Below, piece by piece: positions 41,395 to 56,134 of a stretch of DNA of 64,000 bases. This DNA is from the human T2T-CHM13v2.0 reference genome, Homo sapiens, in assembly GCF_009914755.1 (NCBI RefSeq), contig NC_060935.1; one strand, 5' to 3'. How positions within the stretch are numbered: position 1 is the first letter of the stretch; every line of letters starts with the position of its first letter. A model generated the notes under the pieces. The model did no database searches, had not been told where the DNA came from, and worked only from the letters and a program-made list of their open reading frames with translations. The position numbers and the translations under genes were made by a program.

Positions 41395-41495
41395 GCTTCA
41401 GGGTTCTCGGGATTCGAGTCCTGGCCCTGCTGCTTGCCAGCTCTGTGCTGTGGCAAGTTACTTCCTCTCCCCAGGTCTCTCGGTTTCCTCATCTG
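41395..41495 (+). mobile_element. MIR core overlapping the P2RY6 exon acceptor
   Basis: GGATTCGAGTCCTGGCCCTGCTGCTTGCCAGCTCTGTGCTGTGGCAAGTTACTTCCTCTC...CTCGGTTTCCTCATCTG aligns to the MIR core. Confidence 0.8.
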
Positions 41496-41634
41496 CTGCC
41501 TCTCCAGACTTCTGCCAGAACATTGCACGCGACAGTTTCAGGCACAGAACTGACTGGCAGCAGGGGCTGCTCCACGAGTGGGAATTTGCTCCAGCACTTC
41601 ACGGACTGCAAGCGAGGCACTTGCTAACTCTTGG
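41475..41634 (+). other. P2RY6: P2RY6 shared non-coding 5' UTR exon (160 nt)
   Basis: Acceptor CTTCCTCTCCCCAG| and donor TGG|GTGAGT (41635). Matches the recalled P2RY6 mRNA directly after the 39323 exon. Confidence 0.85.
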
Positions 41635-42999
41635 GTGAGTTTTCTGGGTCCATGCCTGGAAGGGCTTGCGCCCCTCAGCTCCCCTAGGAGCTTCCTGAGT
41701 AACTGCAGTCCACTTGCAGCCACCGAGGCTCATCACAGGCAAGAGTGGCAGTAGGGCAGGCACTGGGGTCCTCCTCCTTCCTCCGCCTGGCTATGCCTGG
41801 AGCCTGCAGACTGCACAGCATGGAGGGACGAGGCACCGCAGGACGGGGTCAGTGGGGGCGGGGAGGAGATGGACACATTGGTGCTGCGCCGTGCCTTGCT
41901 GGAGAAGTGGAATAGCTCAGTCAGGATTCGGAGCCACAAAGGTCTTGGTTGGAGTGCAAATGGCTGGCAAGGGCACTTTTCCTCTCTGGGCCTCAATTTC
42001 TTACTCTCTAAAATGGGGGCAACCGTGGTCTCTCCCTGCGTATGTGAACACTGCTAAGTGTAGTATCTGGAGAGGGGTCCTCACGGAGGAGGCTGGGCCC
42101 TGCCCTCAGAGCTCCCCAGGAACTTTGGTTGAGGGAATGAGTAGGAAGGATTGGTGATCAAATAATTGTCCACAGAGGAGGCCCTTGGGAAGCCTCTCAC
42201 CTCTGCCATTCCAGCTAAATCTTAAGACAGCCTGGAGCTGGCCCCGTGAGAGTGGTTTGGAAAAAAAAAAAAAAAAAGTCCCTGAGTCCAGGTGTGACTT
42301 GTTAAGGGTGAAAGGGCCTATCTGGGAGAGCTGGGTTAAAACTTTTCCAGAGTTTCTATTGCCATTCAGCTCTGCTGACACCGACACAGAGAAAACAGGC
42401 AGCCCAGCCCATGCGTTCAGCCCCGGCCTCTTGAAGATATTTGGGACTCTCATCTCTTGCCAGCTCTAGAATGGGTCATATTCAGGGAAACTCTCCACCC
42501 CTCAGTATCAATGAGATGAAAAATGAGAAGGCCCTTTGCAAACTATAAAGTGTTGTGCCCCAGAAGGTGCATCTGTGTGTGTGCCAAGCCCCTGGGTGTG
42601 TACGTGAGAGTGAGAATGCCCAGCTTCCAGTGTATGTGTGTGTGTGTGACTGGCTGGGTGGGTGGAACTCTACACTCCCCTCGACTCCCTGTGTGGCTGG
42701 GACTCTTCTAAAATTCTTACAATCTTTTTTTGCATTTCCTCACTGTTTGTCAGTTTATCAGAAAGGGAGGGGGCCATGGTCCAGAAACCTGGAAATCGTT
42801 TCTGAGCCTGCCGACTCTTCTCTCCTGCCCTTGCCTTATCCTGTGGCTGTCTCTGGAGACCTGACTGCCGGGAGCTCCCAGCATGGCCTGTTCTGCCAGA
42901 AGCTTGCCTGGCTTCTCTGTGCAGCCCATCCACCACCTGTTTTTCCATCTGTGGCTATGCACTGGCTGTTTTCACACCACTGTCCCACTGACGCTTTTT

Positions 43000-43245
43000 A
43001 TTTTGGGATTTTTATTTTTTTTAAGATAGAGTCTTGCTCTGTCACCCAGGTTGGAGTACAGTGGCACTGTCATTGCTTACTGTAACCTTGAACTCCTGGG
43101 CTTAAGCAATCCTCCTGCCTCAACCTAAAAGTAGCTGGGACTACAGGCATGTATCACAATGTTCAACTAATTTTTAAAAATATTTTGTAGAGATGGGGTT
43201 TTGCTATGTTGCCCAGGCTGGTCTCAAACTGCTGGCCTCAAGTGC
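43000..43245 (-). mobile_element. AluJ, truncated
   Basis: Antisense Alu. Confidence 0.88.
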
Positions 43246-43600
43246 CACTGACTCTTTATAACATCCCAATGCCCTCCAGAGATGGTATTTACTGTTCCCA
43301 TTTTACAGGAGAAGAAATGGAGGCTTGTTGAAGGGAAATGGCTCTCCCAGAGTTATCCAACCAACTAGCGGCAGTGCTAGGGTTTCAATTCTTACCTAAC
43401 TCCAAAAACTTTATTAACTGTTGTGGCTTACCTAGTAGGTGTGTGTTGGCTCTTTGGCTGAATGAATAAATAAATGAAATAACGTGAATAAATCATTCCG
43501 TCAAAATTGAGCTGAAAGAGAAAGTTAAGCAATAATAGCAAGGTCTGTCATTGACTGAGCAACTACAATGTGTCAAGTGTTTTACACAAAAATGAAAGCA

Positions 43601-43798
<198 letters not shown>

Positions 43799-45299
43799 CT
43801 AAGGCTCAGAGAAATTAAAGGATCCTGTCCAATGTGGGAGCTGGGACTATAATTTGTCAGTGTCCAGGCCCCAGAGCTCTGAACCTAGCTTTCCTGGTTC
43901 CTTAGTGTTAGAGTGAGTCGGCAGAACCTGGCAACAGGTGCCCATTACAGCAGAGGACCCGGGGCCTGTCGAGACTCTCAGGAAGCTGGGTGCAACAGCC
44001 CACCCTGCCCCCTCCTGCCTTGGGACCATTTCCCCATTTGTCTCTGAAATAGGTTTCTATTTCAGGCTGGGGTGGGGATCCGGCAGCCCAGGCTCTGGCT
44101 CTCCCTCTGTGACTGTTGGCTTGTCCAGTTAGGGCCAATGCCCCGGCATGGGGTGATATATTGCTGCTTCCCCTGTCCCAGGGCTGGCCCTGTCATTAAT
44201 AGCTCCATGGGAGGGCAGGGTCTGAGCAAGACGCAGTCATTTGGTCTACGGAGATGGCGTAGGCTGGGTCAGTGGCTTCTGTGCCCAGCCCTGTGTGGAT
44301 TCCAGGGACCCAGGGGCTAGTGGGTCCAGCTCTCCCCTTAGGAACTCAGGGGCTGGGTACTGAGCTCCAGGAAGACGAACTCTGCAGTAGCTGAGACAGA
44401 GCCTGGCATCCTGACTCCCAGGGCAGTGCCGGTTTTCATGGCCTGGGACGGAGTGGTGGCTGTCCTGTGGTACCAGGAGGCAGATCTCAACTCAGAGTGA
44501 GGGATAACCTTGTTTCTATCATGCCAGAGGGATGGGAACCAGCCTTTCAAATCAGCCCACAGTTCCTGAGTGTCCTATCCCTTCTATTGAGGGACAGGGG
44601 CATGACAGGGACAGACCTGCACAGGAGAAGGAGAGCCCATTGTCTAAGGGAGGAGAAATTCCCTCAGGCAGCGGCTAATCTGATGGTTGAGGCAAGAGAC
44701 AGACTTGGAAGTGCCAGAACCTGTCCTGCAGATTCACTAGTACTTGACAGCATGGTGCAGTCTCATTCCTCATGCCTTCGCATTGTGGCCCGCCACGCTC
44801 CTGAGAAGGACACACCTCCATAGCATGGAGAGGAAACAGAGGCACAGAGAGGCTAATGTTTGGCACAGAAATGCCTCTGTTGTAAGAAGTTGCTGGAGTA
44901 AAGCAGGTTATAGATTAAAAGCTAAACAGTCCCCAGCCTAGGTATCCTCCCAGGCTGGAAATCTCCCCTTCTGACTCTTGGATTCATTGGTGAGATTCAT
45001 GGAGGACTTGCTTTGTGCCAGGCCCACTCAGGGGATTTATTATAGATTTATCTTATAATAACAGCAACACCAAGAGCGGTTAATACTATAACTCACATAG
45101 AATAAGTGGGGAAACTGAGACTCAGAGAGTTAAATAACTTGCTTGAGGTCATATAACTAGTAGATGCAGAGGGGATCAAACCTAGGACTATCTGTCCCCG
45201 AAACTCATGACTCTCCCACTCCGTGGGGTACTTGTTCCACAAGATGTCAGGCCTCAGAGCATACCATTAAATGGTAAAATATGAATGACAACATAAGAA

Positions 45300-46030
45300 A
45301 AGGAGCAATTAGGGAAATGCAAATCAAAACCACAATATGATACCACTTTACACCCATTAAAATGGCTACAATGAAAAAGACAGACAATAACAAGTGTTGC
45401 CGAGGATGTGAAGAAATTGGAAATCTCATACACTGCTAGTGAGAATGAAAAAGTATACAGCCATTTTGGAGTGCAGTTAGGCAGCACCTCAAAAGTTTAA
45501 ACATAGAGTTACCATATGACCCCCTGGTTCCATTCAAAGGTGTATACGCAAGGAAATTTAAAACACAAAAACTTCTACACAAATGTTCACAACAGCATTA
45601 TTCATAATAGCCAAAAAGTGGGAATAACCCAAAATGCCATCAGTGGATGAACAGATAAACAATTATGTGGCTTATCCATATAATGGAATATTATTCAGCC
45701 ATAAAAATGAAATTTTTATTTATGCTACAACACGGATGAACCCTGAAGACACGCTGAGTAAAATAAGTCAGACACAAAATGATACATATTGTATGATTCA
45801 ATTTGCATAAAATGTCCAGAACAGGCAAATTCATAAATACAAAAAGGAGATTCGTAGTTTCCAGGAGGATGGGGATAAAAGGAATGGGGAGTAACTGCTA
45901 TTGGGTACAGGATTTCTTTCTATGGTTATTAAAATGTTCTGAAATTGGATAGTGACGATGGTTGCACAATCTTGTGAATATGCTAAAAACCTCTGAATTG
46001 TCCACTTTGAAAGGCTGAATTTTATGGTAT
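45300..46030 (+). mobile_element. L1MB 3' end
   Basis: GGGAAATGCAAATCAAAACCACAAT...TTTTATGGTATGTGAATTAT. Confidence 0.85.
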
Positions 46031-46213
46031 GTGAATTATGTCTTAATTTTGTTTAAATCCGGGAGCAGGAATATAGAAACTACATAGAAGCTTGAGATGA
46101 ATGTTGGTCCTCAGGTAGGTGAAAGGGAAACTTCACTGTGAGTTTCCTGGCAGCTGGAGTGAAAAGGGAGAAGCAGCCTCCAAAATGAGGAAACCAACTC
46201 TTCAGGGGCTTAG

Positions 46214-46606
<393 letters not shown>

Positions 46607-46626
46607 TGAAGAAAGTGGGAAGGGCC

Positions 46627-47117
46627 TGTAATTTGACCACATTTCCAAGCCAATGAGTTGGCCTGCTACAGTTTCATAGATGCTGGCAGAAGACGCAAGA
46701 CTTCTGGTTAAAGATAAAGAACTTTGTTCCTCACAATAGGATTAGCCCAAATATCAGCATTTGTCCCAATTCCTGCAGGACAATGCAAAGGGGGCCAGGT
46801 AATACCTTCACATGCAATGGCTTGCATGACAAGGTAAGGAACCTGGAGCTTAGGCAATCCGCATCTTTTATAAGGGGCAGCAAACCTACCTGAACTTTGC
46901 CCCAGAGGAAGACATCATATTTGTTATATTTGTTATACCAGACAGTCAATAAACCTGGTTTTGGCTCCAGAAGGGGACACTATCTCTATCTTTATCTTCC
47001 AAGGCTGTCTGCTCTACAGATATCCTCGAAAAGATCATCTGGAACAAAGGCAGTCTGTCTCTGCTCACAAGACTTGCAGAAATCTGAGTGGCCCTTGGAG
47101 AATTGTCTCCCAATACA
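46627..47117 (-). mobile_element. Old ERV1-class solo LTR (MER89/MER90-like)
   Basis: Minus strand begins TGTATTGGGAGACAATTCTCC and contains CAGCCTTGGAAGATAAAGATAG. Subfamily uncertain. Confidence 0.55.
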
Positions 47118-47184
47118 GTAGATGTGCTGGTCAAGGCTGAGTTTTGTTTGTTTGTTTGTTTGTTTGTTGTTATTTTGTTTGTCT

Positions 47185-47315
47185 TTTATTATGATAAAAT
47201 ATACATAACAAAATGTATGATTTTAATCCTTTTTGATTGTACAATTCACTGGTACTAAGTATACGCACATTGTTGTGCAGCCATCACATCACCACCATGC
47301 ATCTCCAGGACTGTT

Positions 47316-47350
<35 letters not shown>

Positions 47351-48590
47351 TTTGAGATAGTGTCTTGCTCAGTCACCCAAGCTGGAGTGCAGTGGTGCGA
47401 TCTCGGCTCATCGCAACCTCTGCCTTCCAGGTTCAAGTGATTCTTCTGCCTCAGCTGGGATTACAGGCACACACCACCACGGCCAGCTAATTTTTGTATT
47501 TTTAGTAGAGACGGAGTTTCACCATGTTGGTCAGGCTGGTCTCAAACTCCTGACCTCAGGTGATCTGCCCACCCGCCTAGGCCTCCCAAAATGCTGGGAT
47601 TACAGGCATGAGCCACCGTGCCCAGCCCTCCAGGACTTTTTAAAGTCATCCACTGAAACTCTATGCCCATTAAATAATAACTCCCCATTCTCCCACCCTC
47701 TCAGCCCCTGGCAACCCCCACTCTACTTTCTGTCTCAATGAATTTGACTTTTCTAGGTACCTTATATAAGTGGAATCATACAGTATTTGTCCCTTTTGGA
47801 CTGGCTTGTTGTACTTGGAATAAGGTTTCCAAGTTTCATCCACGTTGTAGTATGTATCAGAATTTCATTTTTTAAGGCTGAATAATAATCTATTGTATGT
47901 ATATATCACATTTTATTTATCTATTCATCCATCTACAGCTGTTTGGCTTGTTTCTACCTTTGGGCTATTGTGAATAATGCTGCTATGAACATTGATGTAT
48001 AAACTTCTGTTTGAGTCCTTGCCTTCAGTTCTTTTGGTTGGAATTCTAGGAGTAGAATTGCTGGATCATATGGTAATTTCATGCTTATTTTTTGATAAAT
48101 AGCCATAATATTTTTCACAGAGACCACATCATTTTACATTTCCACAGTAATGCAAAGGTTTCCAGTTTCTCCACATCATCCCCAACAACTTATTTCCTAG
48201 GTTGGCCTTTTTTTTTTTTTTTAATAATAGCCATCCTAATGGGTGTGAAGTGTTATCGCATGGTTTTAATTTGCATTCCCTATTGATTAGTAATGTTGAG
48301 CATCTTTTCATATGCTTATTGGCCATTTGTATATCTTCTTTGGAAAAATGTCTAAGTCCTTTGCTGATTTTTGAATTGGGTTGTTTCTTTTGCTGTTTAG
48401 TTTGTAGGAGTTCTTTATACATTCTAGATATTAATACCTTATCAGACATATGGTTTGCAAATATTTGCTCCCATTCTGTAGGTTGCCTTCCAACTCTGTT
48501 GATAATGTCCTTTGATGTACAATAGTTTTAAATTTTGATAAATTTCAACTTATTTAATTTGCTGTTGTTGCTGTTCTTGCCTATGCTTTT
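47185..48590 (-). mobile_element. L1MB 3' end interrupted by AluSx (47315-47627)
   Basis: Antisense L1 ORF2 C-terminal and 3' UTR sequence; the Alu is flanked by CTCCAGGACT. Confidence 0.85.
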
Positions 48591-48594
48591 GGTT

Positions 48595-49035
48595 CAGGGT
48601 GGTTAGGGATATTTTGGTTACAAGATACAAATGCAACTAGCTTAGGCAAGAAAATGTATATCAGTTTATATAAATAAAAAGCCCAAGGTAGACCTAGATC
48701 TGACATGGCTAGATCCAGCAGTTACAAGGATGCCATGAACATCTCTCTCCTGACTTTCCACTGGGTTCCTACATTCTCACTCAAGTTCCTTCCAGAAGCA
48801 CCAGTCTTCCATGGTCTGCACAGCTAATAATCCAGGAGAAAAAGAGTGAGAGTCTTTCATGCTGGTTCCACAAAATTCCTGGGGCAAACTCTAATTGGTT
48901 GCCCCTGAACCAATCACTGGTGAAGGGTCTGGATGGATCCTGGGTCTGGTGACCACCTTGAATGAAGAAAATTGCCACTGAATGGGGCGAGAGTCTCCCA
49001 GTAGGAAGAGATGCAGGACAGGCAAACATTCCTCC
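48595..49035. mobile_element. Old MLT1 (J/K-like) LTR remnant
   Basis: GTTAGGGATATTTTGGTTACAAG...CCCTGAACCAATCACTG. Confidence 0.5.
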
Positions 49036-52000
49036 CCAGAAAGAGTCCAGGAATCTGATGGGCAGCCAGGGTTGGGAAGCTCTGCTTAGAAGGGTGTCCC
49101 TTACCTTAGGCTTCCTGTGAGGGGCCTGGGAGAAGTAGAAGGAATCCTTCTATTTGATCACTGAAGATTTCCTAAAGGACGCAGCATTTATGAGGCCCTG
49201 TGACTGATGGAAGGGCAAGGCCAGGGCAAGCTGGGCCCCAGGCAGGTTGGGTCAGAACAGTAGAGGGACTGGATTTCCCTGCCACCTGAAATCCTTCCTA
49301 CCCCAGTCCTGCTCTGTTGTAGGGGCTAAGAATATGCACTCTGGAACCAGGCTGCCTGGGTTCAGACTAGCCCAGGAGTCATTCTTTCTTCCTGTGCTAC
49401 CTTGAGCTAATCTTTGTGGCTTGGTTTCCCCACCAGAAGTATAAAATGAAAATAATAACCAGTCCCACCTTGCGGGGTCCTTATGAGGATTAAATGGGGC
49501 AATGCACATCTGGCACACACTAAGGCTTCAATAATTGTATTATCATCATTATTAGTTTGGGCCTCTTTTCAAGCACATCCAGAGCAGCTCCAGCTCTGTT
49601 CACCATCCTTCAACAGGCCTCTCACAGACTCTGCCTTTTGCCTCTACATACACTTGACCATTTCACTGCCACCTCCTCACCAAGCCTTCTCTCCTGTGGA
49701 ACCATCCCTCCATGCCTGTGTTCTGGTAGGACTCTGGGGCACTGACTCTGGGGCTTTGGGTTATAGATCTTCAGGTAGATGTCCCTTGTCCCCACTGAAC
49801 ACCTGTGGGCAGGACCTGGGCCTCCCCTGTCCCTGAGTTTACAATGGGAGTTGGCCAGCCACAGATGTGGGGAGAGGGAAGTCCAGTGGTGGAAACAGCA
49901 CTGACGAGGGGCAAAAGAAGAGCAGGAACTGAAAGTAAATCAGAGTCCAGCAGGTCGCGTGCAAGGGGCAGGAATGGGAGCTGAGAGTGGAGAGGTCAGC
50001 AGGGACTGGGTTTGCCTTTATCCTCAGGCACTGGGAAGATATAGAGAGGGCGTAGAAAGAGAAACAATGAAGTCAGACTTTTGCTGAGCCAGGGTCCATC
50101 TGGCCACAGAAAGGGGCTGGAATGGCCCTGGAGATGGAAAACCAGAAAGCATGAGAAGGATGTGGTCTAGGTTGGGGGAGGGGCCGTGGGGTGAGAGAAG
50201 AGGAGTTTGAAATGTGAAAATGGAGCACAAACAGGGCTTGGTGATTGACATGAAGTGGGACCTCAGTTTTTCCACCAGAGAAATGACAAGTCCTGCCCAT
50301 CTGGCCTCTCCAGGTGGGATTAGAGGACAGCGGGCTCTTGGCACTGACCACTCTAAATGGCCAGTAACTATGTCTGCTATATCAGCTCATCCGCGCCCTC
50401 AGCCCATCCTCATGCCCTGGTACAGTCCAGGTCAAGCACAGACCAGACACTCAGGGTGCTAGGTCAAGTCTGTAAGCTCCAAGAACCAGAGTTGGGCTTC
50501 ACCACCCAAGCCCACCCTGGGAAAGCCAGTGGGGCACAGACTAGCTGAGCTGTGCTGAGGACATCTGGCTCCCTTGGGCAGGGTGGGGCCCAGGGTCCTC
50601 CATCCAAGAAGGGACCAGCCCACATTCACAGTGATCTGGAGCAGATGGCACACAGTTCCTTCCTGTTCTATTCTGCTCAGCCATGGCTTACAGACACAGG
50701 CTAGGATGGAAGGGAAGTGACCCCTGGGAACTGTGCTGGGCACAAGGGCCAAGCAGGAGCCAGACAGTGGTGCCATTAGAACTCCACCCCTCACCAGCTG
50801 AGTGTCCTCGGGAACTGTGAATCCAGCTGCCCAGGGGCAAGGCCAGGCCTGGGAACCAGGTACTCTGTCTCCCACAGCTGACATCCCATGTCCAGATGAC
50901 TGTGCTATCCCAGGAGCCGAATGTCTCTCCTCTCTTGGCCTCAGTTACCCTCACTGCAAAATGGGTGCAAAGGTGAGGAGAGAACTCTGGAAGCTCTAAG
51001 GGCTCCCCTCCCCAGTCTGTCTGATGGAGGAGGGCCTGCATGGGTCTGGCAGTTGGAGCAAGTCATCCTTCTACTCCTCCAAGTCCCCTGCAACCAAAGC
51101 CATGCCTTTGCTGCCCCTGGCTGGAGCATCAGGCTTGATGACTGGACACAGAGATGGGAGGCTCCCCACCAGCTCCCTGCAGGGCTACAGCATCCTCTTG
51201 CCTGCTCTGGACCTCAGCTTTCCACCTGTGACCTGCGAGCTGGTGTGGAACATCTGTCTTTCCACTACTCTGGCTGTCAGGGCTTGTTAGGGGGCAGGGG
51301 AGACTGCTGTGAGCCTGCCATTTGAGACTGCTGTGAGCCTACCACTGGCTGGTCCCTGGAGCCTCCCCATCCCACGGCCACAACCCCATTTGAGGCTCTA
51401 TTTTCTCTGAATCTAACCACAACCAATTCATCCTCCAACTAGCAGCCCAAGGGACCTTCTAAGTCTCAAATTTGATCATGCCTCTGCCCTGCTTTAGAAA
51501 GGGATCTCCCAATGAGGACTTTCTTCAGCTGGCACCCTCAATGCAGAGGCCACGTGTGTAGCCTGGCATTTTGAGGCCTGTTGGGCCTGGCCCTAATGAC
51601 CCCACAGCCTTACCTCCTGCAAGGCCCCTCAGCACCTGCAAACACAAACACTTGCAGGTACTCTGAGGTCCCACATCTCCAGCAGGTCTCTCTGCCTGGA
51701 GCACCTGCCTTTTTCTTTCCACACTCCACCAAAGAATCACCTCCTCCAGGGAGCCTTGCTTGATACCACAGACAGGGTTAGAGGCCTCCTTTGTCTTCCC
51801 AGAGACCCATGTTTCTACATCTTCATCTGTCTTTTCCACTAATGGGAGCTCCTCAAAGGACAGAGCCCAGAGAGGTGCCTGCATATTGTAAGACTCCTTG
51901 TAAATGCACGGCAAATGAATGAATGAATGGAGGAGGGAGGGAGGGAGGAAGGGAGCAAAGGTTGCAAGGGAAGTCATTTCTCATGAGTTTGGCTGGTCTA

Positions 52001-53904
52001 TGATAAAATTATGGGTGATAATAGAAGCCCCACTGAGCAAATACTTCCTGTGCACCAGGTATTGGGCTAGGTGATCTAGATCCATTATTTCATTTGAGCC
52101 CCCAGTGATGCTGTGACTGTTGACAATACTTAAAATTAAGGACTCAGAGGCTCAGAGAGGTAAAGTCACAGCTCATAAGCTGCAGAGTCAGGACGGGAAC
52201 CCCCAGGTCTGTTGGGTGCCAAGCTTTGCAGAGGGAACAGTGATGGGTGACAGAGGGGTACAAATGCTGGGATTGGGCATTTGGATCTAATTCCATGGGC
52301 TGGGATTTGAAGAACTCTGGGTTTTCTGGGGAGCTCTGAGGAGAGACCTGTTCCAGGAGTGAATCCTCACATTTTGTATCCCCAGGGGCAGTAATCTGGG
52401 GAGCCCTGTACCCCAACCCTCACCTACTCCATAAGCAACGACCCCTCCTATTCTGTGACAGAAACCATTGATGTTTTCTCAAACCAGTGTCACAAGCTAT
52501 GCAAAGGTATCATCCCAACCAGTCACCTCCCTAATCCCCTGCTACACAGATGTCCTGGAGGTGCCCCTGCCGGCCCTGATCCCCACCCACCTTCCAGGCA
52601 GAGTCCAGGCCCTTTCCTGGAAGCCAGAGAGGTGGCTCTCCTCCCCTAGCCCTGCACCAGCCCTGGGTGGTGCTCAGGGACGTCAAGCCCAGTCATGCTC
52701 AGTGGCCTGTTTTCTCCCCGAGGCCTGTGTTTTCAAGATCACTTTGGAGATTTCCTTGTGGATGGAGCTCAGACAGTTGCTGGCTCCTTGGTTCCATCTT
52801 GCCAGCCTCACCCAGAAGACAGAGTGCCCACTGCTCTTCCCGGAGCTGGGCTCAAAGGCTCCTTGCTCTGCCCTGGGCCTGACTGTAAGTGTGTGAGAAA
52901 TGGGTGCAGGGAGGCAGGGCTTGTGGGTGACTCTTCCAGAAGCTTGATTGCGCAGGGAGGAAGAGGAACAGACGGAGAGGCACGAGGGGTCAAGGAAGAC
53001 ATTTTGCTCAGATGAGAGAGGGACTGGGGAGTGGGAAGTGTTTGGGCTGAGGGGAAGGAACCAGCAGATGCAGCACAGGGAAGGTGCTGAAGAGAGGGCA
53101 GGAGGTGGTACCTGGAGTCCCGCGGGGCTGTGGATGGGTGAGGAGAGAAGGTGCAGACACACGGGTTTATTTGGACAGTGGGAAGCTGAAGGCAGCCCCT
53201 CTGAAAGGCTGTCTGCTTTGAAGGAGGAGTTGAGGGCTGGTAGAGTTGAGGGTATGGGGCTGACAAGAAAGATGGGGCCAAGGCTTAGAAGACAGAGGAG
53301 GGAGGATGCCCTAGGACAGACAAAAGGTTGGGGACCCAGCCAAGTGGGGCAGTGACAGGGTCTGCAGGGCCTCAGGCACTCAACCAAGTCATGTCCTCCA
53401 GCTCTACTCAGCCCCACAGTGCAGGATGGAGCAGTCTGGTGTCACCATGAATGAGGGACACGAATTGACTTGTTGTGTTCATGGGAATCCTGGGTCCTGG
53501 TGGGGAGGCCTAGGCTGGCAAGGGGAGGGAGAGAAGCCAGGAAGATCCTTGGCCGGGCCCTGGTGCAGAGGGAGTGATCCTGTGCAGGGAGGTGAGAGTA
53601 CCAGAGAAAACCTCAGGCAGGGCAGGAGGGAGATGCAGGCTGCCTAGCCCTGCCAGGCGAAGTTCTATTCACCCGTCTCAGCTGGGACTGTTCACAGCCC
53701 AAATCTCACACACACGGCCAGGCAGAAGCAGCCCCAGGGCTGGCTTAAAGGCCTTTGGTGCTCACGTTTAATCTCTATCTGCTCCCAATCCCCAATAAAC
53801 ACATACTCTTAAGTACAAACTACAGCTTGCTACATGAATAGCCTCAAGCCAAGACCCCCGTGCACCCAGTCCTCTCTGTGTAGACATAATTGAACCACGT
53901 CTGG

Positions 53905-54607
<703 letters not shown>

Positions 54608-56134
54608 TGAATGAGGTAGTTGCCCCTTACTTTGATCTCTTCCTCCCAGGCCACCCCTTGGACACCCACAAAGTCCTCTTCCTCCCACACTGGACTGGCC
54701 ACAAACAGGCCAGTTTGAGGGTGAAGATTTGGGGTTTGGCGACAGGCAGTCCTGCTGATTGGAAGATCACTGACGGATTGGTGGCCCTGGCAAGTAACTA
54801 AGCTGTTGGGGGCCTTAGTTTCCTCCTCCCAAAAGAAGAGACTATGCCCCCCTTACAGGCCCCAGGCAGGCAATGAAACAGGACAGAGGGTAGCAAAGGG
54901 TTTTGTCTTCAGGTTTGAAAACAGCCACAGACCACGGCCTCATCCTTGAGGATCCACCACTAGGTCTCCTGGGACCTGGACATGTGCCTGAAATTGCCTG
55001 GTGAGAATGAAGACCAATAGATGGATGGTCTTGGGACAACCTCTGCAGGGTGTCCTGGGGCAGCCAAGCTATATGGCCCCAGAGGCAAGCTGGACTGGTG
55101 TGGGAGAGCAGTCACTAGGGACAGATCTTGGGGCTTGGTGTGACAAAGCATATCTCCCAGTGAGCTTTCTCAAGGTGGAATGCAGTGGCCTAGGAGAGGA
55201 GTGAGCTCCCTGCAATGGGAAGTATGCAGGCAGGGGCCAAACAAGCCCAGTCAGGGAGGCTTCAGAGAGCCCCCTTCTCTGAGGGGATGATGGGGAGACC
55301 TCTGGGTCAGGTGACCTTAAGGCCTCCCTAGCCCTGAGGGTCCAGAACTCAGAGGCCTGTCATTGACCCCTGGGTCCAGCTGGACGTCTTATCACTGCCA
55401 GGTGGGCTCAGGCCCCAGGAAGAGCTAGGGATGATCAGAACAGGAATCAAGGCAGGGGCTGCCTTTCACGGGAGGGGAGGAGTTCCCTGAGGCTCCCCTT
55501 CCACACCCAAACCTTACCTGTACGAGTTGTGGACAAAACTGCCTACCTTCGGGCCTCAGGGTCTGCCTGGGAAATGGGCAGGATCATAACCCACAATAAC
55601 CACTTGGCGGGGTTAGTGGTCTGCCTTTCCTGAGGTGGGGACTGGGGGACCCAAGCAGTCTCAGAGGTGCTACTCCTGAACCCATTACCTTCATTCTCCT
55701 TGACAAATCTTCTCTGTCATCAGTCAAGACAAAGATTTAAAAAAAAAAAAAAAATGGAACCAGGCAGCACCGAGGACAGAGCCCCGGCGCTCATCTTTAT
55801 AGACTGGATCCAGTCATCCAACATTTCCCAGTGCCTCTTGGGCCAAAGCCTATACTGGTCTCTGAGGCTCCAGAGGCAAAGCAGACCTTGTCCCCTGTTC
55901 CTAGCAGAGTTAGAGAAGGAAAGGGAGGGAGTCTGACACCGCCCCTTCGACTGGTCTTCTTCTCTGCCCTGACTCTTGACCTCCATTTCTTTGTCCTTTC
56001 TTAAGCCACTCTTCCTGAGAGACAGGGTATCATGGTGGATTTATAGTGCACTTTGGGCAAGTTCCTAACCTCTCTGGCCTCAGTTTTCTCGTAGGGAAAT
56101 GTCACCTGTCTTCCTGGGCACAAGGTGCAGATCT

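Noticed and set aside
48129-48449. ORF similar to the L1 ORF2 C-terminus
   Set aside because: Fragment of a dead L1MB, not a gene.
52683-53417. 244-aa minus-strand ORF and overlapping ORFs
   Set aside because: Low-complexity S/P/L composition from purine-skewed sequence, non-ATG start, no domain.
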